Below, piece by piece: positions 33,822 to 43,791 of a stretch of 64,000 nucleotides of DNA (position 1 is its first letter; every line of letters starts with the position of its first letter). The position numbers were made by a program, and so were the translations under genes. Where the stretch lies: positions 1,376,001 through 1,440,000 of the forward strand of contig CAVXLD010000001.1 of the NCBI GenBank assembly GCA_963762565.1. The letters run 5' to 3'. The notes under the pieces were generated by a model. The model saw nothing but the letters and a program-made list of their open reading frames with translations, was not told where the DNA came from and searched no databases. The DNA comes from an uncultured Verrucomicrobiae bacterium. GTDB lineage: Bacteria > Verrucomicrobiota > Verrucomicrobiia > Chthoniobacterales > JAFAMB01.

Positions 33822-34676
33822 TTACGGTCCCGTCCGCGAAGGACGGGACCGTTTTGCTTCTGAAGCCGAGGACGCATCGGGGAAGGGCTGGCAGTGGGAA
33901 CACCAGCAAGTAGTGCGGCCGCCGATCTTTTCGCGCAGCAGGCTCGTTCCGCATCTGGGACAGCGGCCACCATCTTTCCAGCGATGGGAAAATAGCCAGG
34001 TGGACGGAAACTCCCAATTCTTGTCCACCTCGTTCATGGCTGAAACGGTGACTCGACGGATCGCTTGATAAAGTTTTTTGACTGCGGTTGGTGACAGCGC
34101 TCCGGCTAAGATCTTTGGGTGTGATTTTGCCCGCCAAAGGATCTCATCGGCCATCCAGTTGCCGATTCCCGGAAATCGGTCCTGCATCAAAAGCAATGGC
34201 TTGAGCGGGGTGCGCTTTCTTCGGGCACAAAATTCGGTTACCCAGTCCACCGTAAACCGGTCTGACAAAATCGGTGGCGGCAACCGCGTCCACCACGTCG
34301 GTTGGTCTACCCCTTGGGTTAGTCGTAGCCGGCCGAAACGCCGTTGATCGGAGAAGACCAACGAGTGGCGTGCTTGCCGTAGGACCAAATGGTCGTGCTT
34401 TTGAGGCTGGTAGCCGGCCGTCTCCACGGTAAGCTGGCCGGTCATACCCAGATGGATTCCTAGCCAGACATCCCGTCCAAATTGAAAGAGCATCTGTTTC
34501 CCGTGGGTCTCTGAGCCGGTCAAAGGTTTGCCGGTTAAAGCTGCTACCAGATCGGCTGAACGTACGCCGCGCCAGACCGGTGATCGAACGTTCTGCACGG
34601 AGACCGCCAGGATTTTATTGCCTTGGCCACGATGCCAAACCCGGCGGTTCTGTTCTACTTCGGCAAGTTCTGGCAC
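33822..34676 (-). CDS. Fpg/Nei-family DNA glycosylase
   Basis: N-terminal PELAEVE, HGKQM, IHLGMTG, DQRRFG, H2TH GIGNWMADE, zinc finger CPRC...GRTTCWCSHCQ. Confidence 0.92.
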   Translation of the reverse strand: MPELAEVEQNRRVWHRGQGNKILAVSVQNVRSPVWRGVRSADLVAALTGKPLTGSETHGKQMLFQFGRDVWLGIHLGMTGQLTVETAGYQPQKHDHLVLRQARHSLVFSDQRRFGRLRLTQGVDQPTWWTRLPPPILSDRFTVDWVTEFCARRKRTPLKPLLLMQDRFPGIGNWMADEILWRAKSHPKILAGALSPTAVKKLYQAIRRVTVSAMNEVDKNWEFPSTWLFSHRWKDGGRCPRCGTSLLREKIGGRTTCWCSHCQPFPDASSASEAKRSRPSRTGP

Positions 34677-34790
34677 AGCAAGAATAGCAAATAGCAGATC
34701 GCAAATAGCAAATAAAGACTTGGGCGATGCTGCACCGCCACGGCTTCGTTCTCCTCCTCTTAAGGAACACGCGTCGTCGCTCGCCCAACG

Positions 34791-35079
34791 CCTGGAGGGG
34801 AGCCGCTTTGGCCTGTATGCCTCGCGCTCGCGATATTCGTTTCAGGGCACAATCTGGCTAAAAGAGGTCGCAACAGGCGGCTCCCGCGAATAACCCAGGA
34901 TGATGCAATTATGCTGTGGCTCAATCTGTGGAATCGGCTTGGACACCATCAGTAGACCTGCGCGAGCGCTGGGTGAGTTCCCGGGAGCCGCCTGCTTTCT
35001 ACGCGCATCGGCCGGGGGCCATATTCAGGCGAAACTTAGAAGGTCGGCCCGGCGCGCGCCAAAGCGGCTCCCCTCCAGG
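34791..35079. repeat. Palindromic element family B (long-arm variant)
   Basis: Same boxes as 29865-30123, but with about 64 and 66 nt between the outer and inner boxes. Confidence 0.9.
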
Positions 35080-35134
35080 CGCTGGACGGCTTCTGCACGC
35101 TACGGGGTCGAGGATCCACGGAAGACCGCACGGT

Positions 35135-35608
35135 TCAAGGGATGAGTTGAACCAGCTTTGTCTCGATCCCGGCTTCGCTAAAATCCGCTTTGACAAAACA
35201 GACTGGCAGTTTAAACCGGCGCGGACCTACGCTGCCCGGATTCACGTAAAGCACCCCCTTAGCCTTGCGAATCAGGGGCCGGTGTGAATGGCCGGATACT
35301 AGCATAGCGAAGCCAGCCACCGCGGGATCCAAGTCCAGGTTAGCTAGGACATGGAGCACATATACCAAGTGACCACGAATTGAGACCAATTCCGTCTCTG
35401 GCAGGTCCTTCAGATGATCATCAACGTTTCCCTGAACGGCAACCACGGGAGCATATTGCTTCAGCCGGTGCAGAACCGTCAGCTGCCCGACGTCTCCCGA
35501 ATGCAGGATCAGGTCGACGTTTCCGAGATGTTCCGTCAGTTCCGGACGAAAGAGACCATGAGTATCGCCCAGGATGGCAACGTTCTTAGCGTTCGGATAT
35601 TCGAGCAT
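35135..35608 (-). CDS. YfcE-like metallophosphoesterase
   Basis: GDTHG, HSGD, GNVD, GHSH, NPGS; start taken as ATG 35608. Confidence 0.9.
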   Translation of the reverse strand: MLEYPNAKNVAILGDTHGLFRPELTEHLGNVDLILHSGDVGQLTVLHRLKQYAPVVAVQGNVDDHLKDLPETELVSIRGHLVYVLHVLANLDLDPAVAGFAMLVSGHSHRPLIRKAKGVLYVNPGSVGPRRFKLPVCFVKADFSEAGIETKLVQLIP

Positions 35609-35921
35609 CGCGTTCAGGTCTAAAATACATCGGATTATCGCCCAGCGCCCGGGGGGATTGCGTCCTGGTCCGGCAGCTGCCAGGCAGCTGCGGGATGGTG
35701 ACCGAAGCCGAGGACGTGTTGTGATCGCGGACCGAAATACCTTTTGAGTGGTGGCACGTCCTCGCAGCGCGCGAGGACGCGCGCCCTCCCCCTCCCCGGT
35801 CGCGTCCCGTGTCTCGTATCCCACTACAAATGGACATCTGAGAGCCCACCGACACAAAATATTGCGTTTTTATGAACACTCTTGCTTGGCAGTGTTCAAG
35901 ATCTGCGATAAGAAGGAAGCT

Positions 35922-36824
35922 GTGTTCGAGCTCGCGATTCTTGGAAGTGGCAGCGGCGGAAACAGTGCGCTTATCACAACGGAGAATTGCCGGATACTGG
36001 TCGACGTCGGTTTCAGCGCGAGACAAATTTGCCATCGCCTGGGAGCTCTTGGTGTTACTCCGGACAGCTTGAACGCGATTCTACTCACGCACGAGCACGG
36101 CGATCACATCGCCGGCTTAGACGTGTTCAGTAGTAAGTTCAGGGTCCCGATTTATTCTAACCGGCTGACGGCCGAGGCCATCAGGGCGCAAGGAATAGCT
36201 CCAAATGCGCCCTGGACGATATTCAGCACCGGAACCTCGTTTACGATTCAGGACCTGGATGTTCAGACTTTTTATGTGCCGCATGACGCCGTAGATCCGG
36301 TGGGGCTCATCGCTTCAAGTGGTTATGGTTCAATAGGATTCCTCACGGATCTCGGCTTCGCCACTAAGATGGTCCGGGAACGAATTCGCGAAGTGCACAC
36401 GCTGGTTGTCGAGACCAATCACGACGAACGCAAGCTGCAAGACGATCCTAAAAGACCGTGGTCGGTGAAACAGCGTATTCTTTCCCGCCACGGCCACCTT
36501 TCGAATCGGGCCGCGGCGACCTTGGTAGCGGAGATTGCCGGAGATGGTTTGGAACGAGTGATTTTAGGTCATCTCAGCCGCGACTGTAATACTCAGGAGC
36601 TCGCTCTAGCTGAAATGGAACGCGTCGGGTTAGAACGGCTCGAGTTATTCTGCGCGCAACAACATGAAGTGAGCCCTCGTTTTTCGATCGGTCGGGTATT
36701 GTCTGAAACCGACGATCTAGATGATCTATCGAAGATAGAGGAGCAAATAGATCCAGTTGCCTATCACCAGGCCGACCGTTATCACACGCAATACACGCTG
36801 AACCTGCAATGGGATGGGATGTAA
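35922..36824 (+). CDS. MBL-fold metallohydrolase (YycJ/WalJ-like)
   Basis: LGSGSGGN, THEHGDH, PHDA, TDLG, ETNHD, GHLSN, GHLS; GTG start after AGAAGGA. Confidence 0.9.
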   Translation: MFELAILGSGSGGNSALITTENCRILVDVGFSARQICHRLGALGVTPDSLNAILLTHEHGDHIAGLDVFSSKFRVPIYSNRLTAEAIRAQGIAPNAPWTIFSTGTSFTIQDLDVQTFYVPHDAVDPVGLIASSGYGSIGFLTDLGFATKMVRERIREVHTLVVETNHDERKLQDDPKRPWSVKQRILSRHGHLSNRAAATLVAEIAGDGLERVILGHLSRDCNTQELALAEMERVGLERLELFCAQQHEVSPRFSIGRVLSETDDLDDLSKIEEQIDPVAYHQADRYHTQYTLNLQWDGM

Positions 36825-37145
36825 CCTGAGCCGTTTCATTCGAAACACCAGCACGGTAGTCGCGTAGATATCGAAAATAATTATGCCCAGGTACACCAAG
36901 CACATCAAGGGATTGGTGCGAAATGCCAGACCGATATCGCCATGCGCCAATGCTAACGCGCTTCGAGTTGCGCCACAGGTCGGACAGGGAACGCCGAAAG
37001 TGTGGCGGAACAAACAAACCGGCCAAGGTAATCGTAGCGCGAGCCAGGACAGACAGCCGAACCCGAAGCTAGCCGTCGCGAACAGGAACCAGGGTTCGAA
37101 ATCAATCTCCCTGGGTGCTAGCGGGCGGGCGCTGAATGCTTTCAC
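36726..37145 (-). CDS. DUF2752-family membrane protein
   Basis: CLFRHTFGVPCPTCGATRS...NPL motif; GTG start overlaps the upstream stop. Confidence 0.85.
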   Translation of the reverse strand: MKAFSARPLAPREIDFEPWFLFATASFGFGCLSWLALRLPWPVCLFRHTFGVPCPTCGATRSALALAHGDIGLAFRTNPLMCLVYLGIIIFDIYATTVLVFRMKRLRLHPIPLQVQRVLRVITVGLVIGNWIYLLLYLR

Positions 37146-38044
37146 GATTGTTGGGAGTGTGACACCGCCATCGCAATTATACCGATGTAAAGGCCACCCA
37201 CCATCAAACAACAAACCACATACGGCGCCAGCATCGCCACCGAGGCCTTCCACCCTTCAATCCCGTGCACTTTTGAAAGTCCGATGATGCTGGAAACGAA
37301 GAAGAACGGGATTACCGCAAAACCTCCACAGAACGGGATCAAGCTAAAGACATGTGCTGAGTAAGAATAACAGACGACCTTGTAGGTAGCATCGTATCCT
37401 TTGTTTGCCCCGCCCAGCAGCATGAGGATCAGGTGATGAATCCCTGCCATTAGGAAATTGAAACCCAACCAAATGGCGACATAGAGAATAAAAGCCCCAG
37501 GGATCAGAATCAATAGGGCCCAGACCGGAAAATTGAAATTTCTGAGCTCTTCTGAACCCGAGAAAGCTTTGGAAACATAAGGGAGTTGAACCAACTCCAG
37601 AGCAATCAAGATCCCGTAAGAGACTAAGCCTACCGTGAACTGTAACAACAAAAGGAAAGTGGTCGGCGGAATCAGCCGGCCATCGACCGGCATTCGCGGA
37701 AAGGTCAGATGAGGTTCGAATAAAACGTCTCGAATCGTCATGAAAAACGCCGGAAACAGTTTTTCTGCTGGGCGACGTTCCCACGCCGGCGCCACGTCGG
37801 GACGAGCGGCGCCGGGCACGATGGCGTCGCTAAGTGGCGGAGTAGGATAAGCCGGTGTTGCGGGTTCGACCGGCGCAGCAGGAATGTGAACCCCAGGAAA
37901 CTCGGAAAGCGGTTTCCAGCTCTCCATTCCTTCTTGCCAGGCTAGATCAGTAGCAACGAACTGTCCCTGATCAAGGCCGCGTTGCACCTCTTCAATCGTG
38001 TAGGTACCGAGATTTTGCCCAGCCCGATTTATCCAAATCTTCAT
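37142..38044 (-). CDS. GYF_2 (DUF4339) plus Yip1-like membrane protein
   Basis: N-terminal GQNLGTY...DLAWQEGMESWKPL, Pro-rich linker, about five TM helices. Confidence 0.85.
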   Translation of the reverse strand: MKIWINRAGQNLGTYTIEEVQRGLDQGQFVATDLAWQEGMESWKPLSEFPGVHIPAAPVEPATPAYPTPPLSDAIVPGAARPDVAPAWERRPAEKLFPAFFMTIRDVLFEPHLTFPRMPVDGRLIPPTTFLLLLQFTVGLVSYGILIALELVQLPYVSKAFSGSEELRNFNFPVWALLILIPGAFILYVAIWLGFNFLMAGIHHLILMLLGGANKGYDATYKVVCYSYSAHVFSLIPFCGGFAVIPFFFVSSIIGLSKVHGIEGWKASVAMLAPYVVCCLMVGGLYIGIIAMAVSHSQQS

Positions 38045-38275
38045 TCTGCCATGGGTTGTAGAGGAAGATATGGGTGAAGGTCAACTACTAGAGGTTTAAG
38101 GGGTCGAGCGCTGGGCTCTTGATTCGTCTCAGCACGGGGTACGCTCAATAGCCTGGATCGAATGGGACCCGCCTCCGCCAAGCCTACGGCGCGGCAGGCT
38201 TTATGGCGCCTATGGGACTGATGGAAGCTTTCAGCAGCCACCAGGACCGGCTAGCCAAATGCAAACCGCTAACGC

Positions 38276-38980
38276 CTAACTCGCTTCCGCGGGTCCGTTC
38301 ATGAGCGCCAGGATATGTTTCTTTTTCTGGTCATAACTCAGCGTGTGAAAATTTCTAATTTCTTCGACGCGTCGTACGCCGTTCAGGGAATCAAGGAAAT
38401 GCGTGTATTGCGATGCCAGCTCACTGGTTTCCATGTAACGCGCTCGCAGATTAGCATCCCGATAGGCGTTACCAGACCGTGATTCGAACAGATGAAACCG
38501 AAGCCAACGCCGGTCGGTTCGAGACACCCTTTGGCTACGGCGGAAAAACGCTACGTAGAGCAACAGGACGAGGTAGGTATCGACCATACCTTGCAGCTCT
38601 AAGTTTCGGGCAAAGTCTTCGCTATCGATGCGGCGTAAACCAGCTTTAAACTGGAGCGCCGCATGTAATGCGTGATTGATCTCTTCCACGAACATGATGA
38701 GAGATCGAATGTTCGTATTCGAAAGGCCGCTTCTTGGATCGTATTTCTCCAATTGCTCGATCAACCAGCTGGAATAATAGATCCCAACGTACAGCCGATC
38801 GTCCGCCGTCCTGAGGAAAGTACGCGCCAAATCGCTTAGTTCTCGCGAGGATGCGCCTGCTAAACGCGATAAGTGTGCACACCGCGAACGATCAATTAGG
38901 CAGTCTTCCAGATTGATCCCGACATTTGCGTAGGTGCGTTCGAACAAACGCTGCAGTTCGCTGAAAAGTGTAGGGTTCAT
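38276..38980 (-). CDS. Hypothetical protein with an EExxH motif
   Basis: 234-aa ORF starting 1 nt after the upstream gene; EEINH...LELQG.VD pattern. Confidence 0.75.
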   Translation of the reverse strand: MNPTLFSELQRLFERTYANVGINLEDCLIDRSRCAHLSRLAGASSRELSDLARTFLRTADDRLYVGIYYSSWLIEQLEKYDPRSGLSNTNIRSLIMFVEEINHALHAALQFKAGLRRIDSEDFARNLELQGMVDTYLVLLLYVAFFRRSQRVSRTDRRWLRFHLFESRSGNAYRDANLRARYMETSELASQYTHFLDSLNGVRRVEEIRNFHTLSYDQKKKHILALMNGPAEAS

Positions 38981-38981
38981 A

Positions 38982-39668
38982 TCAAATTACGGTTTGGCAA
39001 TAACGATGGTCTCCCAGATCGACTAGCTCGTCGGCCAGCTTGTTCAGAGCCAGACGACAGTCTCGGAAACGGTCCGACAGCGTCTCAAGTATGGGACCCA
39101 GCTCAAACTTCTTGGCCACGCCATGCGAAGCGGCGGCATGAAAACTGGTCCTGCCCAGCTCCTCATAGAACGAACAGCTCGGCGCCCCTCGGTGCCGGCG
39201 CGATTCGATATTTTCGTGAAAGATGCCGGTGACGAAAAGCGCGTAGTTGCCTACATGGGATTGAATCAAAAAAGCCTGGTATGGCGAAGCGTCCTTCAAT
39301 GCCAGCAATAGATCGGACAAATAGGTCGCCGGCCCCTCCGCGACCGGTCCTCGCATCTGGCGCGTACTGGAAAACTTCTCCAGGAGCGCCGCCACGTAAT
39401 CGCTCAATACTCGCTCCTCAATACCAACCCGGCGCAATACCAACCTCGACAGAATGTAAAAGTAAAACTGCGGCGAAATGGTCAGGTTGCCCGTATTTTC
39501 GAGGATCGCCCGATAGAGACTCTCGTGGTCCAAGATCTGATCCCGAGTTTCGGGATCGGTCAAAAGTTCGACTAGGCTGACTTTTTGCCGGTTGTCCCGC
39601 CCGAGAACTCGAACCACGAATTCAAAATCCTCAGCGGTAAACCTGGCCCGACAGTTCGGTTGAATCAT
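38982..39668 (-). CDS. Hypothetical all-alpha protein
   Basis: 228-aa ORF with DYVA.LL..F, YLSD, GNYALFVTGIF and FYEELGR motifs; forms an operon with the gene below it. Confidence 0.75.
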   Translation of the reverse strand: MIQPNCRARFTAEDFEFVVRVLGRDNRQKVSLVELLTDPETRDQILDHESLYRAILENTGNLTISPQFYFYILSRLVLRRVGIEERVLSDYVAALLEKFSSTRQMRGPVAEGPATYLSDLLLALKDASPYQAFLIQSHVGNYALFVTGIFHENIESRRHRGAPSCSFYEELGRTSFHAAASHGVAKKFELGPILETLSDRFRDCRLALNKLADELVDLGDHRYCQTVI

Positions 39669-39755
39669 CGGGACTTAATCTTTAGCAAATTATGGGCCAT
39701 CTTGGAAACATTTTCTCTAGTCCGTGGATCCCGATGTGAGCTTGCCCGACGCCCT

Positions 39756-40018
39756 GGTAGGGCGAGGCTCCCGAACAAGCGCCGATATTTCCGAAGGTTG
39801 CCGCGGTCTCTGCGACGACATCCACGAGGCCGAGTCGCTGCCGAGCCGGGCCCAGCGCCATGCAGCTGAAATGGCTTGTTGGTTGATCCTATCGATTCCA
39901 CGTAGGTTGTCGCACCAGCGGCCACGGCTCGGCGCGTCTTCAGGCGTGGTAAACGCTCGAAAGGTGAGCATTCCTTTCCGCGCTGACCCGCTGCGTCTTT
40001 CGGGAGCCTCTCCCTACC
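39756..40018. repeat. Palindromic element family A
   Basis: GGTAGGGCGAGGCTCCCGAA-64nt-GCCGAGCCG...CGGCTCGGC-65nt-TTCGGGAGCCTCTCCCTACC. Confidence 0.92.
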
Positions 40019-40102
40019 AGCCGCCCACCAATCACCAATCACCTTTCACCTGTCACCCTTCACCTTTTGCCACGCCCCTTTCCCAAACGGCATCTTTGAC
40101 CG

Positions 40103-42394
40103 ATGATCACCCCAGCGATGCTTAAGAGTTTCCTTCGCATTACCCGCTGGCTGTTTCTGGTGATGGTGTGTGCGGGACTCGTCTGGCTTGGTTGGTATGG
40201 ATACACCAAGGGGTTGGGGCGCCATTGGCGGTCTCTCCTGGAAAAAGAGTTCGCTCGGTACGGTCTCTACATCGACGTCGGCAAGATCACCTTGGATCCG
40301 TTCCGAGGTTTGATTGCGCGGGACGTACAAATATTTAACAACAAGGAAGAAGAGAATCTCCTGGCTGAGATCAATCAGGTCTCGCTCGATATCAATTACG
40401 CTAACCTTTTTCAACATGAGCCGGCCCTTAATTCCGTGGATCTGAGCGGCGCGACTCTGATTGTTCCGCTTAACTTTCGATCACCGCAGAGCGGCAAGGT
40501 TCGGGTCACAGATTTCCATTCCCGTATCTATTTGTTTCCGGGTCGGATCGAAGTGAGACAGGCATCAGCTCAGTTGTACGGGATCCGCATCAATGCAGCG
40601 GCGACTCTGATTCATCCTGGGAACATCTCTACGGCGGTAGCCGCGGTGGCAAACGACCCGGATCCGTCGGATGTCACTATCAAGTTCATTGCCAATCTCT
40701 TTCACGAGCTTCGCAGGATGCGTTACCCGGAGCCGGCGGTGCTGAGCTTCTCTTTTCAGATGGACCTGGCGAACCCGCGAGATTGGCGGATCAGTGATGG
40801 CAGCTTAGTTGCCCCAGATGTCAAGAAAAGCAGCGCGGAGCTAAAAGACCTTGCTGCCAAATTCAGCTTTGAGAATCAGCGGCTTTCTCTTCACTCTTTG
40901 CATGTAACCGATTCCCGTGGCGAACTGTTTGCTCTCGGCACATGGGATGTCACTACCGGTGAAAAGAAGTTTCAGGTTCGGAGTACAATCGATCTCGCGC
41001 AACTGTTTCGGGACGAGCCCGGGTTTGACTGGTTACGTGAATGGGAGTTTGCGCAGCCGCCCGAGTTTGAGCTGGAAGGCGCTCTCCTGCGAAACTGGGA
41101 ACCCGAGATCATTGGAAAACTAAGTTTGGAACAGTTCTCCGTTCGAGGAGTTACCTTTCAGGGGTTACGCGCTGAATTTTCCAGGCGAGGTAAGTCTTGG
41201 ATGGCTTCTAACGTCGAGCTGACGCATCGAACTGGGACCGTGACAGGCGAAGTGATTGATCGGCCACAAGAATTTCGTCTGCGACTCCATTCTGCGCTCA
41301 ATCCAAAAGCGATAACCCCGCTGCTCCCGACCGCTTTCTTGTCGCTATTAGCCGATTGGGAATTTCAAGCGCCGCCCGTTGTGCAAATCGATTTACAGGG
41401 CTCGAGCCCCGAAATCCGGCGACTTAACGGTAGCGGTCAATGTTGGCTCGGCCCCAGTCGGTTTCGGGGCGTTTCCATCGATTCCGGCTCTGGCGCCTTT
41501 CGCCTGAAACCCTGGCAAATTTCTTTTGAAAATGTCCGCATCTCTCGCGCTGAAGGCGTGGCCAAATGCTCGTTTGTTTTTAATCTGCGGAGCAAGAAAC
41601 TGGCTCAGTTAGAGGCCGAAGCACACTTACAGCCGGCCGCCATCGCAGCTTGGTTCGCGCCTTCGTTTCTGCCTTTACTCGACCATTTTCAATTTTCACA
41701 AGCACCCGCGCTCAACCTCAAGTCGAATGAACAAAATGGCCGAGCCGAGCTTTCCATGCATATCGATGCAGACTCCGGAGTTGTCTTTCGGTGCGGGCTT
41801 TTGGAAATGCCGTTTGCCAGCGCCAGCGCGGACCTGCGTCAGAACCAAGACGAAACTGAGCTTACGATACCCAACGGCCGAATTGGTCAGGGTCAATGTT
41901 CCGTCACTGTCCAACAATCGCATCCGAACGCCACTCTCGACTCCGCGGTCAACTTCAATCGCGTTTCTCTGTCCGATCTTAGGATTCGCTCCACTTTTCT
42001 AGCCGGCTGGGAAGGAGAACTCAGCGGATGGTTAAAGAGTGGATTTGATGCTTCCGATTCGACTCGGGACCGAGCGGAAGGTAAATTAACACTGGAGACG
42101 GGCGACTTAAGTCAGCTGCATTTTGTCGAACCTGGGTTCAAGAAGCTGGTTTCCGCGGGGTTTAACCGGCTTGGACAGTTGGAGGTCGAGTTCGTCGTCG
42201 ATCTCGGCCTCCTCAAAATCAGCCAGTTGAGTTTAGTTTCTGGCGAACATGTTGTCGACCTGTCTGGGTCGGTTGATCTGAGCACTGGTGCAACCCAGCT
42301 GTCAGGCCATCTCGACCAAGAAGCCGCTATTGCTCGGGTCACGGGCAGCATCACCGATCCAGACTGGGAGCTCGTTTTCCCGCATCGGGATTGA
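40103..42394 (+). CDS. AsmA-like envelope protein
   Basis: Single N-terminal TM helix, long beta-rich body and C-terminal VTGSITDPDW typical of AsmA-like proteins. Confidence 0.7.
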   Translation: MITPAMLKSFLRITRWLFLVMVCAGLVWLGWYGYTKGLGRHWRSLLEKEFARYGLYIDVGKITLDPFRGLIARDVQIFNNKEEENLLAEINQVSLDINYANLFQHEPALNSVDLSGATLIVPLNFRSPQSGKVRVTDFHSRIYLFPGRIEVRQASAQLYGIRINAAATLIHPGNISTAVAAVANDPDPSDVTIKFIANLFHELRRMRYPEPAVLSFSFQMDLANPRDWRISDGSLVAPDVKKSSAELKDLAAKFSFENQRLSLHSLHVTDSRGELFALGTWDVTTGEKKFQVRSTIDLAQLFRDEPGFDWLREWEFAQPPEFELEGALLRNWEPEIIGKLSLEQFSVRGVTFQGLRAEFSRRGKSWMASNVELTHRTGTVTGEVIDRPQEFRLRLHSALNPKAITPLLPTAFLSLLADWEFQAPPVVQIDLQGSSPEIRRLNGSGQCWLGPSRFRGVSIDSGSGAFRLKPWQISFENVRISRAEGVAKCSFVFNLRSKKLAQLEAEAHLQPAAIAAWFAPSFLPLLDHFQFSQAPALNLKSNEQNGRAELSMHIDADSGVVFRCGLLEMPFASASADLRQNQDETELTIPNGRIGQGQCSVTVQQSHPNATLDSAVNFNRVSLSDLRIRSTFLAGWEGELSGWLKSGFDASDSTRDRAEGKLTLETGDLSQLHFVEPGFKKLVSAGFNRLGQLEVEFVVDLGLLKISQLSLVSGEHVVDLSGSVDLSTGATQLSGHLDQEAAIARVTGSITDPDWELVFPHRD

Positions 42395-42557
42395 CAAGCC
42401 AACAGCGAGATCGGAGCGGGCGACAGGAGTGATGGAGTAGCGGAGTGTTGGAGTAATGGAACGAAAGTGTTCGAGCGATCGGGTAGACAAGCGCACCCGC
42501 AGACCAATCACTAATCACCAATCACTTTTCACTTTTCACGGCTAACCACCCCTCCTA

Positions 42558-43430
42558 ATGCCCTCTCCACGTAAAACTTCGCCACCCCTACCTCCCCTGC
42601 TCGGTGCCCATATGTCAATCGCCGGTGGACCAGCTAAAGCGCTGGAACGGGGTCATTCCGTCGGTTGTACCGCGATACAGATTTTCGTGAAGAACAACAT
42701 GCAATGGTTTGCCAAGGATTTCAGCAACACTGAGCTTGAAACTTTCGCAAACTCTGCTTATCGGCCGAACATCGTGTTCGGTCACTCCAGTTATCTGATC
42801 AATCTTTGCGCCATAGACCCGGTGACTTTTGAGCGGTCGCGGCTTGCCTTGAAAGCCGAGCTGGAAAGAGCTGATCAGCTGAGGCTTCCGTTCCTGGTAA
42901 TGCATCCGGGCGCTCACATGGGAGAGGGCGCGGATACCGGATTGGCGCGTATCGCCGAAAGTTTGGACTTCGTTTTTGCGTCACTGCCGAAAGGGCGTTG
43001 TAAAATCGCCCTTGAAGCAACCGCTGGCCAAGGCAGTACCCTGGGCAGAAGTTTCGTGGAATTAGCCACCATAATTGATCGTTGCCGCTACCCGAAGCGT
43101 CTCTTGGTGTGTTTGGATACTGCCCATCTGTTCGCCGCCGGGTACGATATTTCTACACCAAAGAAGTTTTGGACTGTGTTTGCTGAATTCGAGAAAGAGA
43201 TTGGATCTGCACGTCTGGCAGCCTGGCATTTAAACGATTCCAAAGCGCCGCTTGGTTCCAGGGTCGACCGCCATGAGCACATCGGTAAAGGAAAAATCGG
43301 TCTCGCTCCCTTCCGTGAAATCATGCGTTCAGAGCAATTCAGCCAGATCCCGAAAGTCTTGGAAACCCCGAAAGGCGAAGACCTGGCAGAGGACCGGGTC
43401 AACCTAGGGGTGCTGCGGGCGCTGCTGTAG
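42558..43430 (+). CDS. nfo: Endonuclease IV
   Basis: LGAHMSIAGG, QIF, HSSYLINL, HPG, EATAGQG, DTAH, HLNDSK, DRHEHIG, ETP. Confidence 0.96.
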   Translation: MPSPRKTSPPLPPLLGAHMSIAGGPAKALERGHSVGCTAIQIFVKNNMQWFAKDFSNTELETFANSAYRPNIVFGHSSYLINLCAIDPVTFERSRLALKAELERADQLRLPFLVMHPGAHMGEGADTGLARIAESLDFVFASLPKGRCKIALEATAGQGSTLGRSFVELATIIDRCRYPKRLLVCLDTAHLFAAGYDISTPKKFWTVFAEFEKEIGSARLAAWHLNDSKAPLGSRVDRHEHIGKGKIGLAPFREIMRSEQFSQIPKVLETPKGEDLAEDRVNLGVLRALL

Positions 43431-43483
43431 ACGAGCGGGCGTATCGGCGAACGGGCGAATGGGCGCGACCGAAGCTGGACGTT

Positions 43484-43748
43484 GGTAGGGCGAGGCTCCG
43501 GAATTAGGGTTGAGGTCCGCAAAGCTGCCGGCGATTTTCCATATTACAGTCTGCAAAAGTCCGATTCACTGCCGAGTCGGGCCCAGCGCGACGCAACCGG
43601 AACCGGCTTTTGGAGTGCCCCATTGATTCCTGGCTATTGACGCATCAGGGGCCGCGGCTCGGCAGCGAATTGGTCTTGCACAAACTATCGTAGAAACCCG
43701 TTAGTAGCCTTGGAAATATCAGCATGGTTTCCGGACCCTCGCCCTACA
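43484..43748. repeat. Palindromic element family A
   Basis: Boxes separated by 67 and 65 nt arms; wrapped by (GGCGAAYG)n / (TTCGCCC)n micro-repeats at 43437-43465 and 43759-43793. Confidence 0.9.
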
Positions 43749-43791
43749 AAAGCCGAGCTTCGCTCGCCCCTTCGCCCATTCGCCCTCTCGC

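Noticed and set aside
39665..40125. ORFs spanning family A/B elements (e.g. 39665-40042, 12722-13086, 59541-59867, 34900-35287)
   Set aside because: They are translations of palindromic repeats (recurring GRGS/GASPYQ/EPRPT peptides), not conserved in frame or length between copies.
21260..43430. rdgB, UDG, fpg and nfo as a dedicated DNA-repair island
   Set aside because: The genes are scattered among unrelated housekeeping genes on both strands; no operon or shared motif is seen.
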